Assembly (NCBI RefSeq): GCF_932526225.1
Contig: NC_064039.1
Location: 6,257,459 to 6,321,458, forward strand
From: Nematostella vectensis
Lineage: Eukaryota
Length of the DNA: 64,000 bases
Direction: 5' to 3'
The translations under genes and the position numbers were made by a program. Below, piece by piece: positions 1 to 13,014 of the stretch (positions are counted from its first letter, which is position 1; each line of letters begins with the position of its first letter). The notes under the pieces were generated by a model. The model did not search any database, was not told the origin of the DNA, and saw only the letters and a program-made list of their open reading frames with translations.

Positions 1-257
1 AGACTTGAGAGCGAGCGATCAAGACGAAGCGCTCGGTTTGCGCCAGGCTGGTAGAGCGGGTATAATCAAAGATTAAGAGACTGCACTGAACAAAGGCACG
101 TCGACAACACAAACCAAGCCCTTATCTATACAATCACATTTCATAAATTCATTAGCTTGTAACCCTTTGCTCTCCAACCAACCATTTGAGACCAGCATTT
201 ACGGGCAACAATATCGAGCTCTAGTTCATTACCAGACAAGACCAAACATACACAATA

Positions 258-315
258 ATGTGGTCATTACGGACACACGGCACGGCGTACATCTTACTTC
301 TTCTAACGAACCAAG
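258..315 (+). CDS. putative first coding exon of a secreted-protein gene, encoding signal peptide MWSLRTHGTAYILLLLTNQ. It ends in phase 1 at a GTAAGA donor.
   Basis: ATG followed by a hydrophobic stretch; CCAAG|GTAAGA donor; the phase fits an acceptor at 548/549 joining the downstream ORF. Confidence 0.3.
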
Positions 316-548
316 GTAAGAGAATAAAGATTGCCGTACAAGAGATGGTATAGCCGTGCTGTATTTAACCTACAGATTGCATTTTTGCATGCGATGATCG
401 TAAAACCAACACTCGCTCAGTTAGCAATAAAAATCCAGGATAAGAGGATTTTATTGGTTATTCACACCGTTATTTTAGTGTGTGTTACAGCTGTCAATAA
501 TGGTTTGTGAGTTCTCACCGTGTGATCACAAAAACTCAGTTTTTCAGG

Positions 549-1175
549 GTCTAGGGAAGACGGACTTGGCCCTTGACTTAGATAACGGACGTGTTTATGG
601 AGGAAACCCTTACATAAAAATCCTCGATTCCCCCGGACCCTCTCATAAGCAAAGATGCTCTTCCCAGGCGCTTATCCGCTTGGACTTCAGCGGCCCTTAT
701 AAGAGAGTGAAGTTTGAATTATTCTATGGCGCGGAACCGAAACAATGGACGTTTTTGCTTTCCGATTCTCCGGCTGCGTACGGGTTTGGTGGTGACCACA
801 AGTACACCAGTAACTGTGCATCAATGCAGATCTTCAACAAACAGTTACGAATTTACAGCAACGTATTGCCGAATTACCGGAGACACAGCCTAAACGGCCA
901 ATCCCTCATGGATGTTATAGATGATGTGGTTAACAAAGGAACGAATATGACAGTCAACGCAAGCGATGAGATGCTTGCTTGGAAAACCAGAAGTGAGAAC
1001 TGGACTGAAGGTGACAGAATCCACAGCCCTTATTTGTTCACACTGGCTGGACAACAAACCGACTACGGGCCGAGAGAATATTTTCTTTACGTTGCGTTCA
1101 ACAGAGTTCCGTTAGGTGAATTTCATAATGGTTCCGGTCTCTGCCAAGTTCGTATTAACTTCAAAAGAAAACCAG
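549..1175 (+). CDS. second exon (~209 aa) of the secreted protein, unknown beta-rich extracellular domain
   Basis: long ORF 482..1180 preceded by pyrimidine tract and TTTTTCAG acceptor. Phase is compatible with exon 258..315. Possible donor CAG|GTTAGT at 1176, or direct stop at 1178. Confidence 0.4.
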
Positions 1176-4100
1176 GTTAGTAAAGGTGAAAGCTTTCAGC
1201 TTTAATTTTGTTTTCTTTTGCTAATTGTTGTTCTTTGTATTGAGCTTGCGCTTAACGCACTCGACTTGTGTTATTTCTATTGACTCAGTCACTGTGTCTG
1301 GAGGGGGGTTCTCAGCTTATTCACACTTAATCGGAAGTGAGACAAACAAACGCAGCATTAGCGTAGTTTAATTTAAACAAACAATAACATTATGGATTAT
1401 TGATGTTTATAAGCACTGTGTTTATCACGCGTCTAATAGAGATTCATGCCAACGTAGCGCGGAGAAGAGAGATATTAACGCTCGTTAGCACATCAGAACA
1501 GACAGACACATTATACGGGGAATAGATCAAAGAACAGCCCCATATATGATGATAGCTGTTAATACCATTAAGATTAGTGTAGGCACGAACTTCGTGCATT
1601 TATTAACAAGATATACGAGACCCCTTGGAGAAAATGCAGTTTATCTGTAAAAACTTGCGGGTCGAATTGCAAGGGAAAATCATTGAGGACATGAAGATAT
1701 TTTCTCGTTTATCTCTGATGATGTCGTCTGATACGGCGATAGGGAATGGCTATCTATGAGTGTGCTACTTCTACGTCAATTACACATATGGAAAATGTAA
1801 GACTAGAACTAACACCGAGCAAATTACAGACAGTCACTTAAATACGCATCTCCTTTACGTTGAACCATACGGAGCTAGTCTTGAGATAAGGGTTTATTTT
1901 TAGGCTCGAGTTGGATTAGCTTTCGTTGCGCTATGTTGGCGTTAGCCTTTAGTAGTTTATAGATTACAGCTCTATTAATTTGATGACCGGCGTAACGTGT
2001 CAAACTATGTTATTTAACTCTAATCATCCACTCCAGCAGAGGAATGCACAAGCAATTGCAACAATTTATCTCACGCATTTTTGTCGGGGAGCTTTTGTAA
2101 TCGCCACATGACAGTTTACGCCGCGTTGTCATGTTTCAGACTTCGAATGAACGCGCTAACAGGATCGATAATTCCGCCTGTGATTTTGTTACAAAAGCCT
2201 CCTGCCGAACAACAGTGTGCCGACAGAGACATGCAAACCAGATGAAAGAATGAATCGGGGACCAGGAGAGAAACTATGACAAAAAAGCGGCGGCAATTAC
2301 TGAACGCGTGCTCTCCCCCCAAATAACTAGAGCGTGGACATCCACAGATGGAAAAATAAACACCGCCATTATTAGACTGTGAACCAATTCTAGCTAAAAG
2401 CCGAGTGAATTTGGTGATGGCTATATAAAAGACGCTATTAGAAATACCGGTGTCGAAGCATTTTGTGTCTGAAATCGCTATTAAGTTTGGACGTTAGATC
2501 ATAATGAAAATTGAATCCATTTACTTGTACTTAGCGATGTGATACGAAACATGCGTTGTTCTTTTCGCGCGAGTATTTCGTCAACTATTTTCTATTGGCT
2601 TTGTGCGTAACTAAATCCATCTGGGTCTCTTTCAAGATCCGATGCTGGGGGGTCATGCCGTGCTTGCGACAGCGGGAGAGTCTGGAAATCTATGTTTCTC
2701 GTTTCACGACGAAATCAGGCCTTGGGACATGCGTCTCAAAACGACTTTTCTAGAAAATTACCTTCTCAAACTAGGGGATTTGCGCGCATTTAACAGATAA
2801 ACCACTTGAATTAACTAGAGAAGCTGATTTCCTAATGGAAAGGCTTTCTCTTTGAAGGAGCGATAAACCCTCCTTATAGACATCGGATTAATGCACTTAT
2901 TTAAAACACTGTTTTTCGAAAGCGTACTCATTACTGAATTCCGTCAACGCCAAAGACTTCGTTGTGAAGACTATAAATTAAAGCAAATTCATATTCTGAG
3001 TGTAGTTTTTTTGTTATTTGCTATATCAGGGATTGAAGAGTTCGTCACGAGGTGAAAATTGTCCTGTAGTTCACAAATTAGAAACTGCTTGACCTTTGAA
3101 AATGTGTACTCTACTAAAAGCTGAGAAAAACTCGAGGAATGAGGCGAGGAACTAAAAGAATGGAGATCAGGTCAACACACATAGGTTTTTTTGGGAGAAT
3201 ACGTTCGCCAAAATTAAACAATTGTTTAGTCAAAAAGAACACTTTAACTGACTGTGCCCATAATAATCGATCATATTTGGAAGATTAGAGCTCTATATTA
3301 TTTAACCTTTGAATAAGACTGCTACAATTACCTATTGTTGACAATATAAAACTTTATCTGATAAAAAAAGTATGGAAAATAGAATTTTACAAATCCATAA
3401 TACAGCTGTTACGCGCGTTTTTTCGCGCCAACTAAATTCCAATGCCCATATTTAGGATGAGTTGCTTCGTCTCGTTAAAAAAAGGATTAAAGTTAGTTTG
3501 TTTTTAAGAGGTCTGTCGAGGAGGTTTTGAAATACGCAGATTGAAGTTATTTTTCTCCAAAATGACAAAGCGTACTCCCTTTGCGATGCGAAAGCTAAAA
3601 TTTGCAACACAACGTTCCCATATCACTTGTCCCTCTGTCGTGAGAATTGCCCTTAAATGTCAAAGGGACGACTCGGGATTGATAAGAGGACTTTAGACGG
3701 TAAGCCTAGCGTTATAATTCCCCAAACCGGATCCATCGAGAAATCATCAAGTGAAAATCTTAAAATCAACTACCTTTTTTAGATCACTTGAGCTTCAGAA
3801 TGCTTTCGCGTTTGAGGTCAAGTAAGTTTTTACTTTATCCGTGTGAGTTTCTGCTATCTCTGCTTTGATAAAAGTGTCAATAGGAAATCGGGCTTAGCCG
3901 AGGATAACCTCTACGTTGTTACTTTTATAAGGATGGTGCAAATTAAAAATCACGGCATTTTTTTTTTACCGAACTCATTCATAATCCGCGCTTGTCGCTA
4001 AAAGTTGTCCCCAGAAGGAGGGGGTGGGGAGCTGGTGTAAGTTCAGGTTTTAAGCAACCAATCGTGAGCCGGAAAATACGTATTGGCATGACAGAAGGAT

Positions 4101-4957
4101 CACATTAACGGAGTCAATCTCCCTTGAACCAATAGAAAGTCTATTACCCAAACCATTTTTATCCCTCTTATATTTTATAGTTTTCTTTATAACAATGATT
4201 AATGAATTACATAAAAATGAGATAAAAGAAAGATAAAGAAAATCTAACCACACAGGAAGTCGTAATCTTTAGGTGGGTCAATGAATTGCACATTTGTTCA
4301 ACACTAAGGAGATGCCTCTGAACGCACTTCCGCTTCCGCTGTTTTCAAGTTATGTCCTTAGTGATTAACTGGCTGCTTTATTCATTGTTTTCTCGTATTA
4401 TTAGATAAAAACGTTTGCGCACAAAAATTCCATCTTTGCCCTAAGCACTAAAAAAAGTTCTTGTTGCAATGAACTGGCTGCTACTCGACTAATGATTTTC
4501 TCTTATTTTAGGTCCGATTCATACGTCGCGCTCCAGCCGTACTGAATCTAATTGTCTATTTGTATCCACACAAATACTTCGGGCTTAACGTTGATTCGGA
4601 CGTCGCACTCAATATGTCGCGAGTATTAAAAGTTGACTCGATACAGAGTTTCTTTTGCCAAAAGTAAAACAAACATGGTAATCGATTCATCACATTTAAA
4701 GCTCGACGTTTGAATCGGGGTCGTGCTTTTGCCGTGCAGCACAACTGGTGCAGCCGCGCTTAGTGCCGTGCCGAACTCAATTCTGCCGTTCCGAACTTAT
4801 GTGCGCAATTCAAACAAGTGGATTCGGCACAGTAGGAGCGCGACGTAGAAATCGGGCCTTAGATGCGACTGCACAAAGAATAACTACTAACCTTTGTCAT
4901 ATGAATGCAAAGTCCTACTAACTGGTTACGGTACGGTATTGGGTACTCTTATTCGCA

Positions 4958-5084
4958 GATAACAGCGTTTGCGCAAAGATTCGCCACCTTTGCCATAAGC
5001 ACGCGGATTGCAGAAATACAGATGCTGGCTACCGGTGCATGTGCAAACCAGGCTTTGTCGGCAATGGAGTCAGCTCGTGCAAAG
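4958..5084 (+). CDS. EGF-like domain exon of a SCUBE-like host gene (D)NSVCAKIRHLCHKHADCRNTDAGYRCMCKPGFVGNGVSSCK. Phase 1-1 exon with GC donor AG|GCAAGT. Coordinates +/-2.
   Basis: EGF cysteine pattern C..C....C......YxCxCxxGFxGNG..C; TTCGCAG acceptor; symmetric phase-1 exon typical of EGF modules. Confidence 0.45.
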
Positions 5085-5776
5085 GCAAGTCAATCAATGT
5101 CAGAGAATGAGGAAATCGCAGAAATTAGTAGTGGAAAGGGGCGGGAAAGAGGGGAGACGGGAAGGGAAAAAGCGATAATGAAAACTGTCACGGGGTATAC
5201 TATGCTGTCGCAGCACAGGCCCGGAGCCAGGATTTTAAGCGGGGGGTTTCGTTTAACCATAAAACGGACCATTTTCTCTAAGGTAGCTCATCCTAGCTCG
5301 CAGTTCAATTTTCCTTCATCAGAGCGGACCTTCCAGTCGTGTGGGACCCCCCTGGCTACGGGCCTGCAGCAGATCTAGTAGCATAGGTTAGGCATAGGTA
5401 CGTGGCGTGACGTGACAGGGTGGAGGTCGTGCGATGTTGAGTGGCGTGACTTTTTAGTGATGACACAATGAACATGTTTGATAGTTGACACTACGTGACA
5501 CTAAGTGACATGATATGACAGTATAAAATATAGAGAATAATTAATGTAAAACACCGATGTGCCAGGTGACTCACGTGACGCGAATAACATGATTGGGTAA
5601 CTTGAAAGTATTTCGTGACAACGGCGTGGTGAGTCTTTCGCGAAACAACAAGAGACGTGACATGGCAGTGTGACATGTGGCGCGGCAGTCGTGATGCTAG
5701 CAGGTCATTCATAAGTGCTATGGATGTCGTGACGAGTGTGACCGTCACGCGTAACGCGCGACACTGTTCTTTATAG

Positions 5777-5899
5777 ATTTGGATGAGTGCGAGTTGAATA
5801 ATGGTGATTGCCAGCAATCCTGCCATAACTTGGAAGGAAGCTACATCTGCAGATGTAATAGAGGATACACACTGCTCCCTAACGGCCGAGACTGTACTG
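5777..5899 (+). CDS. calcium-binding EGF (cbEGF) exon: DLDECELNNGDCQQSCHNLEGSYICRCNRGYTLLPNGRDCT
   Basis: D-x-D-E-C cbEGF signature and six-Cys pattern; TTATAG acceptor, G|GTAAGT donor, phase 1-1. Confidence 0.55.
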
Positions 5900-5982
5900 G
5901 TAAGTATCACTATCCAGACAGACGTAAAATGTTTAGTATTAATGTTTAGTTTGCAATATTTTTTTTTATCATGATTGTACAG

Positions 5983-6102
5983 AGAGGAGCCCTGGAAGCA
6001 ATTTGATCAGTCAGAGAATTCGCTTGAGATTCCATGTGGGACAGTGCGCAAAACGCAAATGGAGAAAGCTATTTCTGGACGAGCTGAAAAGTAAACTTCT
6101 CA
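5983..6102 (+). CDS. putative small exon (ERSPGSNLISQRIRLRFHVGQCAKRKWRKLFLDELKSKLL) linking the cbEGF exon (phase 1) to the spacer exon (phase 2)
   Basis: GTACAG acceptor and CAG|GTAAGG donor; its phases reconcile the reading frames of neighbouring exons. Confidence 0.3.
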
Positions 6103-6547
6103 GGTAAGGACTACACGAAAACCTTACATTTGAAAACCTTACATTTGAACACAACATTCAACAATAACGCCCTACAGAGGCGACTTTCATTATCTGATGA
6201 GACAGTTCAACGACCATGCGCGATACGTTACATTTCACACGAAAGCAAAGCTCCTTGAGCAGCAACGCATACTCTGTCTATACAGCGCTTTTGTAGTAGA
6301 TATACGCTATTTCTCATAGAGTTTCGAAAATCCTTTTGAGCCCCTCACTTTTAGGCCAGCTCTGCAGCCCTTGATAGCAACTACATGGTGGAAAAAAATC
6401 TTCAACGAATCAATTTCTATTTATTCTCTGAACTTGTGCGTGATACTATAGTAGCTGCTGATTAAACTCTGTTTTTTTTATCGTAAATAAACTTACTAAA
6501 TTCTTCGCATACCATGAACTTGAAAACACTTTTTTGTCTTGTTGCAG

Positions 6548-6872
6548 TCGGCAGGTGTGTAAGTTCCCCTGCGCCATCCACGGCTTGTCGCTCAAATGCC
6601 GATCAAGGAGAACTGAGATGGTGGCTAACTTCGAGTTCAGACTTGACGAGAGTGTTATCTTCACGTCTCGCTTGTGTAACAATAGCTGCCTGCGATGCGA
6701 GGTAGAGAAAGGACTGCAGAAGTTCATAGCGGACTTGAGGCAGCTTGCTTCCAGTGATAAGTTCAACGTGACCCTGTCGGGTCAGGTTTTTACGGTCAAC
6801 GGAAAACCCATAAAAGTACCACGACTGCGCAACGCCTGTCCTCAAGGAAGACGGCGCAAAAACAAAAGACTC
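6548..6872 (+). CDS. spacer-region exon of SCUBE-like gene with N-glycosylation sites and an RRRKNKR basic (furin-like) stretch
   Basis: ORF 6534..6932, TTGTTGCAG acceptor, CTCG|GTAAGC donor. Confidence 0.5.
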
Positions 6873-6934
6873 GGTAAGCGAATGACTTCAATGATAGTAC
6901 TATACATTTCCATCGCCCATATGTGTGAGTAAAG

Positions 6935-7060
6935 CGAGCCCTATCCTCGGGGACCCAGGGCGTTTCGGAGATCGGGCACACAGGGAGCGCGCGAAAAGAA
7001 AGACCTGTGTGCCCGATCTCCGCGACGCCCTGGGTCCCCGAGGATGAGCGAGCCCCATGG
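6935..7060. repeat. intronic near-perfect inverted repeat: ~40-bp arms, ~21-nt loop, able to form a long hairpin
   Basis: arm CTCGGGGACCCAGGGCGTTTCGGAGATCGGGCACACAG versus its reverse complement downstream, 2 mismatches. Confidence 0.6.
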
Positions 7061-7261
7061 CGGCTGTGTTGTAGGCGCCCCCATCGTCAAAGGGAGGGGA
7101 GACGAGGGAGGGACTTTTTAGCTCCCCGTGCAATCGAAAGGATGCAAAGCTAAAGACTCTCTATAGGCAGAGAGGTAGCAAAACTGCAAAGCATTGGTGC
7201 ACGCCGACATTGGGAGATAAACATCATTCCCCTTTCACGCTTGAGCTTGGCTATCCTTTAT

Positions 7262-7560
7262 GTCTCATATTCAGGATACGATAGCCACACCCCTAGCCAA
7301 AATCACGGATAGCCACACCCCTAACCATACTCACGGAAAGCCACACCCCTAACAATACTCATGGAAAGCCACACCTCTAACCACACTCACGGATAGCCAC
7401 ACCCCTAACCATACACACGGATAGCCACACCATAATACTCACGGATAGCCACACCCCTAACCATACCTACGGATAGCCACACCCCTAACCAGGCTCACGG
7501 ATAGCCACACGCCTAACTATATTCACGGATGGCCACTTTCCTAACCATACTCACGGATGG
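7262..7560. repeat. minisatellite, ~24-bp unit CACGGATAGCCACACCCCTAACCA x ~12
   Basis: direct tandem repetition visible in sequence. Confidence 0.85.
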
Positions 7561-7578
7561 CATGGATTGTCGTTGCAG

Positions 7579-7740
7579 CTGGATGCCATCCTGGTATGTA
7601 CTTTGACATCTTCCTGCGGAGATGTGTCAATTGCACACGAGGATCCTTCCAGCCTCAACGCTCGGAGACCTTCTGCTTTCGCTGTCCTGGCAACAAGACG
7701 ACGCTGTACTCTGGCGCACGTGACCTGTCTCAGTGTAGAG
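7579..7740 (+). CDS. Cys-rich ephrin-receptor-like/GCC2-GCC3 (TNFR-like) repeat exon: (A)GCHPGMYFDIFLRRCVNCTRGSFQPQRSETFCFRCPGNKTTLYSGARDLSQCR
   Basis: GCxPGxY..C..C..G.F...C..CP.G spacing; CGTTGCAG acceptor; AGAG|GTATAT donor; phase 1-1. Confidence 0.55.
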
Positions 7741-7864
7741 GTATATGCGAGCAATATATAAAGGGGAAAACGAAAATCGGAAAAGAAAACCATTTATGTT
7801 GCTAACAGCAAGTAGGACAATAGTTTCCTATGGTAGAAAACATCTCATATATTATTGTATGCCT

Positions 7865-8040
7865 GCCTCACTTATAAAGAGGCGTAGCCAAGGGGTGGCC
7901 TAGGGGGACCCCCCCCCCCCTCTAGCAGCCAAAAATACAGTAAATGTATGAAACATTATCTAAAATACAGGAGAAAATGCCTTGAAAGGGCCTTTTGGGC
8001 CCCCTCCTGTTTAAAATCCTGGCTACGCCGCTGCTTATAT
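7865..8040. mobile_element. small MITE-like insertion with ~18-bp imperfect TIRs (…GGCGTAGCCA…/…TGGCTACGCC…). Second copy at ~12305..12480.
   Basis: terminal inverted repeats flanking ~140 bp of non-coding sequence, contains poly-C tract. Confidence 0.3.
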
Positions 8041-8446
8041 TATGTCCAAGCCAGATTAGCCTACGTGTAGCCGCTGACTCGCGAAACAGCGGCTACACGT
8101 AGGCTAAAGCCAGATAGGCCACATAAATAAATTGCACATCCAGACACTAGGCTTACGGGGGTACTGCACATCTTGTCACTTCTGTAATACTTGCATTGCC
8201 TGTCCAGGGATTATAGAGTGCCAACACAGGAATTACACAGTGCCTGAAATAATAAATGGTGGGATCAGAATTTTGCACTATATAAACACCAAGCTGCATG
8301 TCCTTTTTTGTCTTGTAGACAAAGATAATAATACTATTTCGGGCTGTATATTAGCCACGCATTATGTGTGTTGGGGGAGGGGGCAGAATTTGTAAACGAT
8401 TTGTTGAATGTAGCTCCTAACCTTATTAAAGTATCTGCCAAAATTG

Positions 8447-8565
8447 GCTTGCAAGTACTGATTGGCTCAGAATGGTTTTACTGACGACACAGAAAACCAA
8501 AACAAATCGTGTTTGAAAAAAGCGGGTCGCGATACAACGGATTCGACAGTAATGTATGCACTCTC
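8447..8565. repeat. ~120-bp dispersed repeat (…GATTGGCTCAGAATGGTTTTACTGACGA…CGATACAACGGATTCGACAGTAAT…). Copies at 12883..13000 and 31577..31690.
   Basis: three copies >90% identical, one inside an MVP intron. Confidence 0.7.
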
Positions 8566-8577
8566 TTTGTTTCCATA

Positions 8578-8929
8578 GAAACAAAATGCGGTGGAAACCT
8601 GACATCAATGTCAGGCGTCATAACATCCCCAAACTACCCCGACGCCTACCCTCGCTTCCTGGAATGTACCTGGACAATCCATCCGCGAAGAGGGCGCAAC
8701 ATCTTGCTTCTTATTCCAAGTATCTCGCTTCCGACCACGCCCGACTGCTCGGACTATCTGACGATGCGGGAGAGTTCGAGTCCTTACTCTGTGTTTACAT
8801 ATTACGCGTGTGAGTCCTTCGATCAGCCCGTGGCGTTAGTGTCACGCTCCAAGAACCTCCATATCAAGTTTAAGTCGAGCCAGAACAGCATGGCGGAGGG
8901 ATTCAAAATATTTTATGTCACATTTGAAG
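8578..8929 (+). CDS. CUB domain exon: ETKCGGNLTSMSGVITSPNYPDAYPRFLECTWTIHP…GFKIFYVTFEG
   Basis: CUB signature CGG.(L/F)T...G.I.SPNYP..YP....C.W.I and conserved Cys pairs; TCCATAG acceptor; GAAG|GTAGGT donor. Confidence 0.65.
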
Positions 8930-9006
8930 GTAGGTGTCCTTTCCTTAGCTACGCACGTTTGGGTTCTTTGATTAAAAACAACAGCATTTTTACCTGTGTT
9001 TTTTAG

Positions 9007-9086
9007 AGCGTTTCAGGAACATTGTGAAACACATCGTTGAAGACGGGGAGTTGTATGCAAATGAAACAAACAGACGACTGCTTCAG
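9007..9086 (+). CDS. short exon ERFRNIVKHIVEDGELYANETNRRLLQ
   Basis: TTTTAG acceptor, CAG|GTGGGA donor, phase 1 to 0, duplicated intact in copy 2. Confidence 0.4.
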
Positions 9087-9659
9087 GTGGGAACAACAAT
9101 ATCAAATTGTTTGACTAGACAGGTCCCTGGACATTGAAAGTTTTCTTGTCGGCTGTAAAAGTCCAGCATTTCTCAATTCTTTTAAATTTTGTTATCTCAG
9201 GTACGGAGTGGAATCCCTCACTTTGTTCAAGCATTCACCATTTCTCAAGCCCTTATAATTTTGTCAATCTCAGGGACGGATCCAGGGTTGAACCCGTTTT
9301 ATATGAAAAATTTCAGGTTACACTTTATCCTCGACCTCCTTTAATCGTTCAATTGTTTGCAAGTCTTTGTTATAGTCACCTCCCCCTCAGGTTGTCAAGA
9401 TCAGCCTTACTATATAAAGGCCTCCCCATAAAACAATGCTGAGTGTTATGGGACTCCAGGCACGAGGCAAAGAGCGGGGCTCTGGGCCCGTATCCCCTCC
9501 CAATATTTTCAGAATTGTAAGGAATGGACCAGTAAGGGCGTGGCTGTGCCCTCCAATATTTTCTTAATGTTTTTGTATCGTGCCCCCAATATTTAGAGGC
9601 CTGCTACAGGTCTACACTGCCATGATGGTAACTCGATCAATTTTAATTCTCTTTGACAG

Positions 9660-9857
9660 GATGAGACTCTTGTGCGCCAAATTCTGGACGTGATAGTAGA
9701 CCCATCGAGCTTTGAATATTCAATCAGCTCCAATCGCTTACACAGCAAGATTCCAAGTGGATTGCTAAAGTTCATTGAAAATAAAGTGTACGACTTTTTC
9801 TCGAACGTCAGTCCTTACAGGAAAAAGCGAGCAACACAGAGATCAACTTTCGTCTGA
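9660..9857 (+). CDS. terminal coding exon of SCUBE-like gene (DETLVRQILDVIVDPSSFEYS…RKKRATQRSTFV*)
   Basis: TTTGACAG acceptor, in-frame stop TGA at 9855-9857. Confidence 0.5.
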   Translation, partial: DETLVRQILDVIVDPSSFEYSISSNRLHSKIPSGLLKFIENKVYDFFSNVSPYRKKRATQRSTFV

Positions 9858-12022
9858 TTCGTTACCTGTTTGTAGTGTTCAATTACAAGTAGTTGGCTCT
9901 GTCCTCAGTTAGGAGCTTAATAGGACAAGTGATCATAGGAAACGATCAATAAACGACGGGCATTAAAAGGGTATTGGAAGCAGAAAGACAGATCTAGGAA
10001 CTGGAATGTGTTTCCAAATGACTTTAGTGGCCTTTAAGCCTTGGCACACTGTAAGCAGACAGATGGGTATTATGATACTTCCTAGAATAAGTTATAGGGG
10101 TCAGAGATGACAAGAGAATAATAAGAGTAGAGAAAATACAGAATGGAGCTCTTCCTACAGCTTATGAAAAGCCAATTTTGAAGTTGAGTATACTAGAATT
10201 ATGTGAATTTTACAAAGGGACTCAGTTTAGCTCGATAGTGCTAGACAGTGATTAGTTTGTATGGATTTTATTGTTTTAATACTGACAGATATAGAATGGA
10301 TTCAACTGAGATAAAGCCAGAAGTTGATACTAAATGAAAGACATTTCCCTAAGTAAAACCACACAAAGGACACATTTTCTTTTTTAAGAGTAGTAGACCT
10401 AGGCAAGACCCTCTGGGTCAACCAGTAATCATGGCTAAGATATCAGATACCATAAAGGCCTGTCATGTTAATTTTACTAAATTAAAATAAATAGATAAAT
10501 ACTGTTAAGGATTAAACTGCAAGTTTATCACCCCCCCTCCCCCCAAAAAAGCATTGTATTTTTGTAGAAACATTGGTTGATATACTTTATCTATGGGTCT
10601 GATTCTGAGAGGCTGGGTTGTGTTCTAATTAGGACACAAGCACAATGCAAACATTTGTTTCCATTTTGAAATGGGAATGTAAGTGAACACAATCTGGTTG
10701 ATGTCCTTGCATTTTGTGCTTAACTGTATCATTAAGTGAGACAAGATTTCTTTTACATTTATCTAGTACATATTAAGCATGTTTACAGTTCTTATGAGAC
10801 CATATAAGGTTTATTACAAAGTAGACCTTTTACAATTTATCAGACTTGAGCTTGTACATAAAATAAAGTTAAACAAATACAAGAAAAAGCTTGCAAAAAA
10901 AAAACAATGACTTCATTTATTGGGCACAACTTCTTAATGCACTTGTGTAATATTGCCAACAGCCACACCCGCCACAATTGTAAATAAATCTGCTTTGATA
11001 CCTAGTCCTTTATGGGAGATTGTGGCTCTGACTTAAAAGTCTATAAGCGGTTTCTCCTTTCTATAAGTGACTATAGGTTCATTAAAGATTCTAGCCGTAT
11101 GAGGCTGAGATCCGTGATAAGTTGCCAGTTTTTTATAAGAATCTTTAGAAGATTCTGCTTAGCCGGGTGGAACCTCATGACAAAATGTTTAGATTCGTTT
11201 ATTAGATGCCATGTTTGCCTCAAAACGCATTTTGCCTGTCCGTGAATTCAACACTCGCCGTTATGTATGTTGTGAAATCGCGTAACCGTATCTAGAATGA
11301 GTTGCGGATTTCGGCTTAGAAGGTGGCAAGTGAGGGATTTGTTCTCAAAGGAGGCCATCTCCCTAGACACAAACCCTTCTTATAACTAAGAGGGTGGCAA
11401 GAGGAGGGAATGCGTGTACTGAAAAGTTTCCTTAAGCTATGGACATCAAGGATATTTAAATCAATGAATCTTTCGCCCTTTTATAGACTTCTGATGAAGT
11501 AAATAAAGTGTGTAGTGTCTTTGAGATTACTCGAGATTACACTTTTGCTTGAGCGTTATATGCCGACGATATACGCTAGACGTGGTTTATGAGGTGACAA
11601 AAACTTTAGGTGACATATTATATGTCTTTGTAGTGGAATTTGTCGTTCTTTAATGTTTCACGTCTATAGGAGCGTTGCTCGACCTGACATAAGCGCTTTC
11701 TTTGTGCATGTTAAGTTTCTTAGAGTTATTTAGGACATATCTGCAGTACAGCTCACTCCTCAGTTTTAATAGATTTCTTAAAATCAAACAGGAAGATTTG
11801 AGGCTGCCGAGAATCGCCACTGTAACTCGTAGAATTCAAAGTGCACTTTGGCTAAATCTGGCTTTTTCTGAGAGAGGGCTCGCTCATCTCGTCTAAGGTG
11901 CCTTCCGATGTCATCGTTTGATGAAAAATCGGCGGGCGGTTATAGCGTTTACACCCCTAACTATACTCACGGATGGCCACTTTCCTAACCATACTCACGG
12001 ATGGCATGGATTGTCGTTGCAG

Positions 12023-12184
12023 CTGGATGCCATCCTGGTATGTACTTTGACATCTTCCTGCGGAGATGTGTCAATTGCACACGAGGATCCTTCCAGTCTC
12101 AACGCTCGGAGACCTTCTGCTTTCGCTGTCCTGGCAACAAGACGACGCTGTACTCTGGCACACGTGACCTGTCTCAGTGTAGAG
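12023..12184 (+). CDS. duplicate copy of the Cys-rich (GCC2/GCC3-like) exon. It could be an extra in-gene repeat, an alternative 3' exon set or a young pseudo-exon.
   Basis: ORF 12001..12249 is 2 aa different from 7557..7805; splice sites conserved. Confidence 0.35.
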
Positions 12185-13014
12185 GTATATGCGAGCAATA
12201 TATAAAGGGGAAAACGAAAATCGGAAAAGAAAACTATTTATGTTGCTAACAGCAAGTAGGACAATAATTTCCTATGGTAGAAAACATCATATATTATTGT
12301 ATGCCTGCCTCACTTATAAAGAGGCGTAGCCAAGGGGTGGCCTAGGGGACCCCCCCTCTAGCAGCCAAAAATACAGTAAATGTATGAAACATTATCTAAA
12401 ATACAGGAGAAAATGTCTTGAAAGGGCCTTTTGGGCCCCCTCCTGTTTAAAATCCTGGCTACGCCGCTGCTTATATTATGTCCAAGCCAGATTAGCCTAC
12501 GTGTAGCCGCTGACTCGCGAAACAGCGGCTACACGTAGGCTAAAGCCAGATAGGCCACATAAATAAATTGCACATCCAGACACTAGGATTACGGGGGTAC
12601 TGCACATCTTGTCACTTCTGTAATACTTGCATTGCCTGTCCAGGGATTATAGAGTGCCAACACAGGAATTACACAGTGCCTGAAATAATAAATGGTGGGA
12701 TCAGAATTTTGCACTATATAAACACCAAGCTGCATGTCCTTTTTTGTCTTGTAGACAAAGATAATAATACTATTTCGGGCTGTATATTAGCCGCGCATTA
12801 TGTGTGTTGGGGGAGGGGGCAGAATTTGTAAACGATTTGTTGAATGTAGCTCCTAACCTTATTAAAGTATCTGCCAAAATTGGCTTGCAAGTACTGATTG
12901 GCTCAGAATGGTTTTACTGACGACACAGAAAACCAAAACAAATCGTGTTTGAAAAAAGCGGGTCGCGATACAACGGATTCGACAGTAATGTATGCACTCT
13001 CTTTGTTTCCATAG

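Larger units (their letters stand above)
7500..10938. repeat. copy 1 of a ~3.4-kb tandem segmental duplication carrying the last four exons of the SCUBE-like gene
   Basis: ~98-99% identical to 11941..15362, constant offset ~4.43 kb; six-frame ORF pairs are near-identical between copies. Confidence 0.85.

Noticed and set aside
5491-5910. 139-aa minus-strand ORF
   Set aside because: Antisense to the cbEGF exon and surrounding intron; no supporting signal.
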